This document shows, in pieces, positions 24,334 through 33,900 of a stretch of DNA of 64,000 bases. Source of the stretch: an uncultured virus (IMG/VR IMGVR_UViG_3300032220_001168) (lineage: Duplodnaviria > Heunggongvirae > Uroviricota > Caudoviricetes); the IMG/VR virus record IMGVR_UViG_3300032220_001168; one strand, given 5' to 3'. Within the stretch, counting starts at the first letter, position 1. Every line of letters begins with the position of its first letter. The notes under the pieces are model-generated. The model worked only from the letters and a program-made list of their open reading frames with translations, had not been told where the DNA came from and did not search any database. Both the position numbers and the translations under genes were made by a program.

Positions 24334-25527
24334 ATGAGCACCACATGCTTTCGCTACGATGTAGCGCCAATCGAGAAATACGAAACCACACCTGAGGGTT
24401 ACCTGAGGTGCTGGTCTACTATTGCGCGGACAGGTGTACAAAATTACACCAATTCCGATGGTTCGATTCGGCGCGAATATCGTCCCGTAAGCGAAGTGGC
24501 GTCTCCCGAAAGCTTGGCCTCGTTTGCGGGCAAAGCAATCACTCTTGAACATCCTCCCGTATTGCTCGATAGCGACAACACTAAAGACTATCAAATTGGC
24601 TTTAGTGGCACGGAAGTGGTTTATGACAACGGATTTGTCCGTGCAGTCATGACCATTACAGATGCAAAAGCAATTGAGCAAATCATGCGTGGTGATGCAA
24701 AAGAGGTAAGCGCTGGCTATAGGGTTTCCTATGATCCGACGCCTGGTGTTACCGAAGGTGGTGAAGATTACGATGGCATCCAAACGGGTATCAGCGGAAA
24801 TCACATTGCTGTGGTGCGCAGGGGCCGGGCGGGCCCGCAAGTGAAGCTACATCTGGATCGTCTGGATGCCGCTGATCCATCTCTAATGAATACTGAGGAA
24901 CCATCTATGACTGCTAAGGTCGTGTTTGATGGCGCCGAGTTCGAGGTGACCGAGAGCGTAGCTCTGGCGATCACCAAAGAACGTGAAGACGCCAAGATGT
25001 CCTACGAGGACATGAAGAAAAAATACGATGGCATGATGTCCGAAGCTTCTTCCCTCAAGGAAGAAATGGACGCCATGAAGAAGGAAATGAGCGGTAAGTG
25101 CGACTCTGCTGAAGGTCGTGCTGATGCACTCGCCGAAGAAGTGGAAGTCCTGAAAACGGACCTTTCCGCTGCTCAGCAAGTGAACGTCGACAGCCTCGTC
25201 GAAGAGCGCATTGCTCTCATCGACAAAGCTCGCACGTCGCTTGATTCCGCTTTTGATTTTGCTGGCAAGTCTGCTCGTGAAATCATGGAAGCTTCCATCA
25301 AGACCGTCCGTGGCGACGATTGTGACCTGTCGGATCGTTCCGACGATTACGTGACTGCCATGTTCGACACCCTGGCTGCAACTGGCACTCGTGCTGATTC
25401 TGCCAACACTGATGAGCTGCGTAAAGCTGTTGCTTCCATCGCTGCTCCTCTTTCTGCACCTGCGTCCTATATGGACAAGTTGCAGAATGCTTGGAAATCC
25501 CCTCTCTCCGTCTCTAAGGAGCGCTGA
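24334..25527 (+). CDS. prohead protease/scaffold (DUF2213-like)
   Basis: TPEGYL, ARTG.Q.Y, HPP, EVSAGY, NHIAVV..GRAG, coiled-coil C-terminus. Confidence 0.88.
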   Translation: MSTTCFRYDVAPIEKYETTPEGYLRCWSTIARTGVQNYTNSDGSIRREYRPVSEVASPESLASFAGKAITLEHPPVLLDSDNTKDYQIGFSGTEVVYDNGFVRAVMTITDAKAIEQIMRGDAKEVSAGYRVSYDPTPGVTEGGEDYDGIQTGISGNHIAVVRRGRAGPQVKLHLDRLDAADPSLMNTEEPSMTAKVVFDGAEFEVTESVALAITKEREDAKMSYEDMKKKYDGMMSEASSLKEEMDAMKKEMSGKCDSAEGRADALAEEVEVLKTDLSAAQQVNVDSLVEERIALIDKARTSLDSAFDFAGKSAREIMEASIKTVRGDDCDLSDRSDDYVTAMFDTLAATGTRADSANTDELRKAVASIAAPLSAPASYMDKLQNAWKSPLSVSKER

Positions 25528-25530
25528 TCC

Positions 25531-26091
25531 ATGGCTGTAACTTTCTCTGCCTCGGGGACTGCTTCTGCAGGTGGCGTGCAACAGAGCTATGCTCTGACTC
25601 ACGTTGCTCTGCTGGAAGGTCAACTCTCCGACGCTCGCGATAACACCATTGGCACCTATGTCAATGAAACTGGCGCTGTTCTTGCCTTTGGCAACGGCGT
25701 TTCTTATAACACTGGCGGCACCGTTGCTAACTCTGCAAAAACTCTTGCAGGTAGTGGCGAGTCCTTCCTGGGCGTTAACGTTCTCACCTATGTGGACGAA
25801 ACCGCTCTGAATGCCAATGGCCGTCCTGGCGTTAAGGCTGCTCAAGTGGCCAACGTCATCAACCAGGGTGGAGTTGCCGTGTATGTTCACGGTTCTGTTA
25901 CCCCTGCGACTGCTGTTCGCGTGATGCACACCACTTCTGGTGTTCGCTATGCAGGTCAGTTCACTGCCGCTGCTGTCCCCACTCGCTCGGCGGTGCTGTC
26001 CAATGCCCGTTACCTCAACGCTGTCACTGGTTCCGGCCTGGCAATTCTTGAGCTGAACGGTCCTTCCTTCACCCTCACTGGCGACTCGTAG
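25531..26091 (+). CDS. head decoration/cement protein
   Basis: Between protease and capsid; small beta-rich. Confidence 0.7.
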   Translation: MAVTFSASGTASAGGVQQSYALTHVALLEGQLSDARDNTIGTYVNETGAVLAFGNGVSYNTGGTVANSAKTLAGSGESFLGVNVLTYVDETALNANGRPGVKAAQVANVINQGGVAVYVHGSVTPATAVRVMHTTSGVRYAGQFTAAAVPTRSAVLSNARYLNAVTGSGLAILELNGPSFTLTGDS

Positions 26092-26102
26092 GAGACTTAC
26101 CA

Positions 26103-27017
26103 ATGAACGATTTTCGCATGGATGATGCGGGTCTGTTTCTCCAGCGTCAGCTTGAGTACATCCGCCCCCAGGTATTTGAAACTGTTTACGCAGACATCAA
26201 ATACCCTACAATTCTGCCTGTAACTAGCGAAGCTGGTCCTGGCGCAACCACTTTCACCTATCGGATCATGGATTCGACTGGTGAGTTCCGTCTGCTGGCC
26301 GACAGTGCTGACGATCTGCCCCGTGCAGACGTGAGCCAAGTCGAGAAGAGCATCAACATCCGCTCCTTCGGTGGTTCCTTCGGTTATTCCGTCCAGGAAC
26401 TGCGTGCCGCACAAATGGCTAACGTTGCTCTTGAGCAGCGCCGTGCTACTGCTGTGCGTCGTGCTTACGAGGAGAAAGTGGAAAGCGTTGCCATGTTTGG
26501 CGAAGCTTCTGTTGCTCTCACCGGCTTCTTCAACAATGCCACTGTTGACATTGTTGCTGCTGACAAGTGGTTCACCACTGCTGGTATCACTGCTCAGGAA
26601 ATGCTGGAACTGTTGAACTATGGCGTTAGCGCCATCATTAATGGTTCACAGATGAAGGAGCAGCCCGACACCATTCTGCTTGCTTACGAGGACTACAACA
26701 AAATCAGTGTCACTCGCAACTCCGATTCTTCGGACGTGACTGTGCTTGAGTATTTCCTCCGCACCAACCCCTACATCACGAACGTTGAGCCCATCAACCA
26801 ACTGACCAAGGGTAAGAATGGTGGCAAGCTCAACACCAGCCGCATGGTGGTGTACAAGCGTGATCCCGAGAAAGTGCAACTGCACATTCCTCAACCCCTT
26901 GAGCTGTTCCCCGCTCAACAACGTGGTCTTGAGTTCATTGTCCCTGCTCACGCTCGCGTGGGTGGTGTGGCTCTGTACTATCCCAAGAGCATGATCTACG
27001 TTCAAGCTTCTTCTTGA
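26103..27017 (+). CDS. major capsid protein (DUF2184-like)
   Basis: FL.RQLEYI, YS.QELRAAQ, ARVGGV..YYP. Confidence 0.88.
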   Translation: MNDFRMDDAGLFLQRQLEYIRPQVFETVYADIKYPTILPVTSEAGPGATTFTYRIMDSTGEFRLLADSADDLPRADVSQVEKSINIRSFGGSFGYSVQELRAAQMANVALEQRRATAVRRAYEEKVESVAMFGEASVALTGFFNNATVDIVAADKWFTTAGITAQEMLELLNYGVSAIINGSQMKEQPDTILLAYEDYNKISVTRNSDSSDVTVLEYFLRTNPYITNVEPINQLTKGKNGGKLNTSRMVVYKRDPEKVQLHIPQPLELFPAQQRGLEFIVPAHARVGGVALYYPKSMIYVQASS

Positions 27018-27070
27018 GCCTAGACAAGCAAGGGGCGTTAAGCTAATCATCAGTTCTTAAGAACATTCAA

Positions 27071-27457
27071 ATGTTGATTGCTTATCGCCCCGAACTTGAA
27101 AATCCACCTCGTGAAGGCGGGTTTGGCATTATCACTGAATCAGGCATGATTCAACTTGCTCCTGGTCTCAACCAGGAAATCCCAGAGCAGCAATGGGCAA
27201 AAGCGCGTGAAAACGCTTCCATCAAGCGTCTTATGACAATTGGTGCCATTGAAGAAGTGAGGGAGCAACTGACTGTAGAAGAAATTCCACATGACGTGCA
27301 AACTCTTTCCAACATGCCTCTCGTTGAAGCCATTCGCACCATTGAAATCATCCATGATCTCGGCCAACTGACCGAGTGGAAGAAGATTGAAGGTCGCGTG
27401 AGGGTTCGTAATGCCATTGCCAAACGCCAGGAAGCAATCAAAATTGGCAGGGCATAA
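27071..27457 (+). CDS. hypothetical virion-associated protein
   Basis: After capsid gene. Confidence 0.7.
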   Translation: MLIAYRPELENPPREGGFGIITESGMIQLAPGLNQEIPEQQWAKARENASIKRLMTIGAIEEVREQLTVEEIPHDVQTLSNMPLVEAIRTIEIIHDLGQLTEWKKIEGRVRVRNAIAKRQEAIKIGRA

Positions 27458-27459
27458 TA

Positions 27460-27774
27460 ATGACCGTCACCTATGCAAGCTTCCTTGATCGGTTCCCTGA
27501 GTTCACTCCCCATCCTACGGGGATTGTCAATGGGGCCATTTCCGAGGCAACTGCTGATGCGTCTGAAGATGTGTTTGGAGATCAAACAGATCGTGCAGTA
27601 AAGCATTTAGCAGCTCATATCATTGCTGTTCAACTTGCGCAGATGGGCGTTCAAATTGGCGCCACAGATGGCAAGGTGTATGGCAAAGGGCTGGAGGCCA
27701 CTCAATATGGCCAAGAGTTCAAACGAATGCTTGAAACCGTCGCTGGTTCTTTCACCATTGGTTTTGTCGCATGA
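27460..27774 (+). CDS. head-tail adaptor (DUF4054-like)
   Basis: F.DRFPEF, LAAH, TQYGQEF. Confidence 0.78.
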   Translation: MTVTYASFLDRFPEFTPHPTGIVNGAISEATADASEDVFGDQTDRAVKHLAAHIIAVQLAQMGVQIGATDGKVYGKGLEATQYGQEFKRMLETVAGSFTIGFVA

Positions 27775-28160
27775 TCAACGGAATGTCGCCATTAGCAAAC
27801 GCTACGCTCACGTGGAGCGTTGCTTCTGGTTACACCACTGATTCTGACACTGGCAATTACATTCCCATGACAAGTGGTGTTGTGTATTATGCCAGTCTTA
27901 GGCAAAAAGCCAATCCACGGTACGATTATCTGCTAGGTGCTGATAATACGGCTGTGTACATGGAGGGACGCTTGACAGGGCCACTAGCCCTCTCTGGCAT
28001 CACTCCCGGCAGCAATGCTTCTGCAACAATCAATGGAAGAGAAGGACGGTTTGAGCTTCTGCCTAACGAGCAAATTGCTGAACATTATTGGCAATTTCTC
28101 GGCACGCCAATCAGAGGAATATTTAGACTGGTTGGCAAAGGAAGCGTCTTGAACGCTTAA
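27771..28160 (+). CDS. putative head-closure protein
   Basis: Synteny only. Confidence 0.6.
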   Translation: MINGMSPLANATLTWSVASGYTTDSDTGNYIPMTSGVVYYASLRQKANPRYDYLLGADNTAVYMEGRLTGPLALSGITPGSNASATINGREGRFELLPNEQIAEHYWQFLGTPIRGIFRLVGKGSVLNA

Positions 28161-28191
28161 CCGTTCCTTCTTTTTATCCCATCGAGGAAAA

Positions 28192-28773
28192 ATGACTCTC
28201 TACCACCCAACTGAATTGGTTAAGAGCCAAGACGTTATCATTCGTGTTGGCTCTATTTCCGGTACTGCTCGCCCTGTGATCACGCAGAGCGGCGCTACCT
28301 TTACCGTGAGCGGTACTCCCACGCTCTACACCCTGCAGGCGGCTACGACAGCTTCTCTCGCCTTCAACGACAACAACACTGAGTTCTACGTCCTTGGCGG
28401 CGGCGGCTTCTCTGATAGCGTGATCACGACTTCTGCCGTGACTGCGTCAATCACCTCCTACTTCCAGAAGGATATTGACGGAACTGTCTTCGTTCCCAAC
28501 TCTTTTGACGAAGCATTCCAGGTGATCAGCTCTGCTCGCTATGACAAAGATGCTGAAGTGTACGTTGAAATCAACAAGCAACTTGGCGTTAGTGGCACTA
28601 CGTTTTTCTATGATCGCGTGGCATTTGTTAGCCGCGTGATGAACTACAACGAGAGCTATCCTGCTGATAACCTCGTGGAAGTTACCTTCGACTTGATGAG
28701 CCGCAGCCGCATTGGCATTCACCAGAATGCAACCAACTCTGGCACGCTCAATCCTTCTGTTCCCAACAGCTAA
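28192..28773 (+). CDS. major tail tube protein
   Basis: Position, size, PADNLVEVTFDL C-terminus, followed by terminator. Confidence 0.7.
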   Translation: MTLYHPTELVKSQDVIIRVGSISGTARPVITQSGATFTVSGTPTLYTLQAATTASLAFNDNNTEFYVLGGGGFSDSVITTSAVTASITSYFQKDIDGTVFVPNSFDEAFQVISSARYDKDAEVYVEINKQLGVSGTTFFYDRVAFVSRVMNYNESYPADNLVEVTFDLMSRSRIGIHQNATNSGTLNPSVPNS

Positions 28774-28795
28774 GCATTTCCTCCATAGTTTTGCT

Positions 28796-28823
28796 AGCCT
28801 TCCTTTACGGGGAGGCTTTTTTT
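28796..28823 (+). terminator. intrinsic terminator
   Basis: AGCCTTCC/GGGAGGCT plus T run. Confidence 0.75.
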
Positions 28824-28826
28824 ATT

Positions 28827-29237
28827 GTGAACATAGTTCAATTTCGAGACACTATTAATACATTGCTAAGCGCCAGTCCCGATTTGATTGGCACTTATGC
28901 GCTTCCCAACGGAAGCATGGTGCCAGCCATTTATACGGTGGGCAGGCAAAGCGTACCAAGCGACTGGAAGGCAACAGGCCTGGAAGTAACAATTCGAGAA
29001 TTTCCAGAACAACTTCCTACCGTCATGGTTGGCACGTTGAGAATTTTACAGCAATGGGAGGTAATGCTGGTGCAATATACAGGTAGCAGTTCTACGCTTG
29101 CCACAGCAATGGAGCGCATGACCAGACGGTTCCCTGATGGTACATTTCGTTTTCTCCCTGGAGATGACGTGGGCTATGACCGCTGTAGGATTATCATTCC
29201 AGACACTATTCTTCGCAACATTTACCCGTCTATATAG
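28827..29237 (+). CDS. putative tail terminator
   Basis: Synteny. Confidence 0.55.
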   Translation: MNIVQFRDTINTLLSASPDLIGTYALPNGSMVPAIYTVGRQSVPSDWKATGLEVTIREFPEQLPTVMVGTLRILQQWEVMLVQYTGSSSTLATAMERMTRRFPDGTFRFLPGDDVGYDRCRIIIPDTILRNIYPSI

Positions 29238-29239
29238 CG

Positions 29240-29707
29240 GTGATAATAACCTCTGCCAAAATTCATAACTCCGCCGCGCTCGAACAAGCACTGGCCAATG
29301 CCTTCAAGAAATGGGCAAAAGAAGATATCAATGAGGCGCATTGGGACGACCAGTTCAAGGAAATGGGCCGATGGGCATATGACAATGAAACAAAACGCAA
29401 AAGGACTGGTGAAGTTGTTGGCAGTCCTCGCGACATTTACGACTATGGACTGTTGTACGAAAGCGGGGTCGAAAGCTTTAAGATTAACGAATCGCCATCG
29501 GGAATTGAAGCAACTTGGCACTGGGACGCCAAAAACTCATCAGGGGAGGAGTACGCTTGGTACGTTCACTATGGGAAGGGGACAAACGTAACAGCGCGTC
29601 CTTTTACCGATGACATTTCCATCCCATCGTCATTCTTTCACAAAGGGCCAGGCAAGGCATTGGTGCTTAGAATCAGGGCCCAGCTAAAGACTCTTAATGG
29701 AAATTGA
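29240..29707 (+). CDS. putative tail completion protein
   Basis: PRDI.D.G.L, YA.YVHYG, ARPF. Confidence 0.65.
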   Translation: MIITSAKIHNSAALEQALANAFKKWAKEDINEAHWDDQFKEMGRWAYDNETKRKRTGEVVGSPRDIYDYGLLYESGVESFKINESPSGIEATWHWDAKNSSGEEYAWYVHYGKGTNVTARPFTDDISIPSSFFHKGPGKALVLRIRAQLKTLNGN

Positions 29708-29936
29708 CTATCTATGGAGTGACGACGGCTCGGTCCATGCCATAAACTGCCTGAAGAGCAACAACGACTTAGAGGTGGGCATCCTTTGCCTTATGTCCAT
29801 TCTCGAAACCACCATTAGAATTGCTAACGACAAGCATTCATTCGTCGTGGAAATTCCAAAAGAATTTCAATCTCAAAGCGAACGAGTGAAGGCATTTAAC
29901 GCCACTTTAAACATTTTAAGCCATGAGCAAGTATAG
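29697..29936 (+). CDS. hypothetical protein
   Basis: Overlaps both neighbours. Confidence 0.65.
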   Translation: MEIDYLWSDDGSVHAINCLKSNNDLEVGILCLMSILETTIRIANDKHSFVVEIPKEFQSQSERVKAFNATLNILSHEQV

Positions 29937-30462
29937 CTTTCTAGTCGCCAGCAAGGAAATCCAATATTTCGACCTCACCCCGACCGTGCGGATGAAGAAG
30001 TTGGGTGGCTGGCTTGTCGCCGAATCTATTGAGCAGGAAGAGATTTCCAAGCTTCAAAGTCAATCCACTATTCGTGCTGTTCAACTGGCAAAGCGCATTG
30101 CGGCTGCCAAGGGTGTTTCCCTTGATGAAGCATTTGCTCTGTTGCAGGGCGGCGGTGTTGGCTCCGAAATGGACCTGCTGAGTGACTTCACGGAGGAAAC
30201 TCTCAGCATGATTGGTAGCGGGGGCAGTGTGGAGGGCAACAATGCACGACTGGTCACTGCATTTATCCGCTGTCGCGGCGAAGGCTTGATCGACGATGTA
30301 TGGACAGCAATGCCCGACTGGTCGATGGAAGACACTACTGGCTTCACTAGGGAGGTTATCAGCAAGGCTCTTGACTTCATTGGAAGCGAGCAAGAGGTGG
30401 AGGCAAAGGCAGCCGCAAAAAAAACACCGAAGAAGACGACTGCTGCCACACCGAACGAATAG
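29923..30462 (+). CDS. tail assembly chaperone (G-like)
   Basis: Upstream of tape measure; in-frame A_AAA_AAA at 30417-30423. Confidence 0.75.
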   Translation: MSKYSFLVASKEIQYFDLTPTVRMKKLGGWLVAESIEQEEISKLQSQSTIRAVQLAKRIAAAKGVSLDEAFALLQGGGVGSEMDLLSDFTEETLSMIGSGGSVEGNNARLVTAFIRCRGEGLIDDVWTAMPDWSMEDTTGFTREVISKALDFIGSEQEVEAKAAAKKTPKKTTAATPNE

Positions 30463-30884
30463 AAAAGCAAGCCAAGGCAGTGCTTGCGTCCCTTACTAAA
30501 TGGGACGACATCTATCATCGCTTATGCGCCTCCGACCTCAATGATGGGCGATGGAACGCTCAGCATTTTGGCATGCAGAAAGTTGACGATGTAAAAAAAG
30601 CACTGCAATGGCTGGAAAATCACGACCTGCAAAAATACAACATCAGTAGTATCTCTACCGCGAAGCTGGCCACTTTAGTTCTTGGCGCTTTAGGAGGGAA
30701 GAGTGTGAAGCCAAACGTGAATGACTATCTTCCATTTGACACTCGTCGAGTCAGGAAAGATCGCGGTGTTTCAGCGGAAAGCCTTGCTGTGCTGCGGCAA
30801 TTGATGAAAACCAGAAGGATGAATGGACGAGTAATAGCCCTGTTGGCGGATGAATTAAAGATGGCTTCACAGCGTGAAGAATGA
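30423..30884 (+). CDS. tail assembly chaperone -1 frameshift extension (T-like)
   Basis: -1 frame open from the slippery site to 30884. Confidence 0.7.
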   Translation, partial: NTEEDDCCHTERIEKQAKAVLASLTKWDDIYHRLCASDLNDGRWNAQHFGMQKVDDVKKALQWLENHDLQKYNISSISTAKLATLVLGALGGKSVKPNVNDYLPFDTRRVRKDRGVSAESLAVLRQLMKTRRMNGRVIALLADELKMASQREE

Positions 30885-30922
30885 AGTATTTGCTATGCTT
30901 AAAACAATAGGGCCCGTGTAAA

Positions 30923-33900
30923 ATGGCAGTCGGAGCTGGAAGTCCAGAGCTTAAGCTAAGCGTTGGCTTTGACCTTAACTATTTCAGGGGCCAGCTCACG
31001 ACTCTCGGAGCGGCTGCGTCTTCGTACCACCTGCCAATCAATATTAAGTTTGATCGCCTTGGTATTCAGGAGGAATTTAATAAGTTAGGCAGGAATATTA
31101 GCGGGCGCCAATACAATTTAAAGGTTGAAATTAAATCCCTTGGTGTCGCAAGTGAGCAAGCCAGGAGCCTAAAGGAGAACCTTGAGGCTCTGACAAAGAT
31201 AAAGTTTGCCGTAGATACATCGGCCATAGGAGACGCAAAGGACGCGCTCAAGGCCCTCAGGGGCGAAGCTGCTACTGCCGTTAAGAATGCTCAGTCCGTA
31301 GCCAGCAATGCAGGAGCGGTTAATGGGCCAGCGATTAAACAAAGGACCATTCGTCAAGGGCTCTCCGCACTATCAACGGAGGATGTTGCGGCACAGTACA
31401 AAAAAGCTGCCGAAACTGGAATAATTGCTTACAACGAAGCAATTACAAAAAATAGAACCAAGATGGTTCGGGAAATTGGCAAAGTTGCCGATGCCGTCTC
31501 TGCTGGCTTTGCCTCCAAGGGATCCTCTGAATTTTCAAGCAAGGCGAAAGCAGACGCAGAAGCATATATAAAAGGATTGGAGAAGGATCTTGAAATTGCT
31601 TCCCCATCGAAACGGACCCAACGCATTGGTGAACAAACATCTGACGGCTTCTGGTTGGGTTTGATCAAGGGGGGCGCTAAATGGGAGCGCGCGGCAGCAG
31701 CCGACCTTCGCGCCCGAGCAGTCAGGGTATTTCAAAGCATTGATAGTTACGCAAAAAACAAGGCTTTAGATCTAACGGTAGCCGTACAAGTTGAATTTGA
31801 AGTACAAGCTGGTGCCCTGGCTAAGTTTGGAAGCAATCTGGCTATAAGCGCTACGAAATCAGTAAAAGGAGCGCTCGTCAAGGCCGGTGAGGAAGGCTTA
31901 AGCACTGGCGTAAGTTCTGCTATTGGCTCAGTGGCCAGTCCTGGCGGCCTTGCCATGATGGGGGCTGGATCAGTTGCAGCAGGTGGCTGGGAATCTATTA
32001 CGACTGCCATTGACTTGGCCAAGAATATACTATCTGGGTCGCCTGCAAAGGAAACTCTTCTTGGCAGTGCTGTCAAGGTTGCAGAATTAGTCATTGAGCA
32101 CGGCGCAGAAGGTGCGCTTATCACTGCTGCAGGTCTCGCTGGAGTTGGGTTTGCCGGGGGTGCCGCAAAGGGCTTCACAAGTTCGCTGGTCACTCAAGGC
32201 ATTACGGCTGCTGCTCAACTTACTGTCACGCAAGTAGGCGTAAGAGTCGTAGATGGGTTGAAAGGAGTTCCATCTGTCGTCGGGAATGCTTTTAAATCTC
32301 TTCCTGGGCAAGTCAATGCGTTAGCCCTCAAGGGGCGGACAGATATTGGTGGCTTGACGGATGGCAGTACCTATGCATTATTCAAGGAAACTACTGGCAA
32401 TTTTGTAAATGCCGCTGTTGAGCAAGGTAGGTTATTTTCAGAAAAGAATGCACCGCGTATTGCCGCAGCACTTGGAACTGGTATTTCCGTTGGCGGACGA
32501 GCGGTCGGCAGGGGCGTAGCTGCGGGAGGAAGAGCGGTTGGCGCTGGCGTAGCGGCTGGCTGGGAAGATAGTCTTGAACAGAGAATATCTCTGCTAAGCC
32601 AGGCATTGGCGAAGGTGAATCAAGGGATAGATTTCCTTGACAATGTTTTAATTAAAGGCGCTGTTGACATACAAGGGCTTACTGATGGAACAACAATTGC
32701 CGCCACTAAGCAGGCCCTGCTTGGCTACAAAGCAGTTTTAGAAATTGGCGCTGCGCAATTAATGGATTTTCACGCTGCTCTACAGCCTGGAAATATTGAG
32801 CGTGTGGCTGTTAGCGAAATGGTTCGATCTCAGGGCGAGCGCGTGGCTGGTCAGCGACTACTTCCGCCTATCGGGCAAAGTAGCGCAGGCATTAGACGGC
32901 AGTACAGGCCTCCGAACGTTGTTCCTGCTGGAGGATTTTCAACCCATGGCGCGACCCCCGTGGGAGGATTCCCCTCCGATGGACCAGCGCAACTTAGTTT
33001 TATTCAACGCATGTTCCGCAAAGCAGCACCTCCTGCAGCGGCCTACAGCAATTTTGGCTATGGCGGATTTGGCGGTGGGGGTGGTACTGCTAGTGGCGGA
33101 TTCGGTGGATTTGGTGGCGCTGGCGGTGGCGGGCCCTACGGCGGCTTCGGTTATGGCGGATTTGGCGGCGGCGGCGGCGGTAGTGGTGGCGGAGGCAATA
33201 ACCCTCCAATGGGTCCAGCATCCACTCAGCTAGGGGCTGGTTATCACACTGTCAACAAAGGATTGAGCGCAATTGGTAATGCATACAGTGGCGCCAAAGG
33301 TTTTTTAAATACTGCACGATTCCCGGTTTCCGGTGCAATCTCTCAACTCGGTGGCGAGTTTGGCAATGCCGTCAAGCAAGTGTTGCTATTTGGCACTGCT
33401 TACAAAGCTATTGCATTCTTGCAAAATGTTCCAGGGGAAGCATTTAATGCTGCCAAGGGACTGGCTACTTACAAGAACCAACTTCAAGCAATTACCGCTG
33501 AGTCTGGCACGTTTGAACAATCATTTGCCTTTGTCGAGGGTCTTGCCCAGCGCTTTAACGTGCCCTTGGAAAGCGCAAGACAAGGCTTTGTCCGTCTGTA
33601 TGCATCCATGCAGCCAGCCGGTTTCGATCAAGGTCAAATCGAAAGTCTCTTCACTGGTATTTCGCAATCTGCAGCGGCTTTTGGTCTTAGCTCTGATCAA
33701 GTAGATCGTGTTACAAATGCCTTCTCGCAAATGGCGAGCAAGGGCCAGATCATGGCTGAAGAAGTCAAGGGGCAACTGGGCGATGTTTTGCCTGGCGCCC
33801 TCTCGTTGTTTGCCAAGGCTGCTCAAATGAGCTTGCCAGAGTTTACAAAGGCGATGGAAGATGGCGCCTTTAAGGGCAAAGCAATGGCCGCCGTACTAGA

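Noticed and set aside
24883..26103. 406 aa minus-strand ORF
   Set aside because: Antisense shadow of the protease and decoration genes
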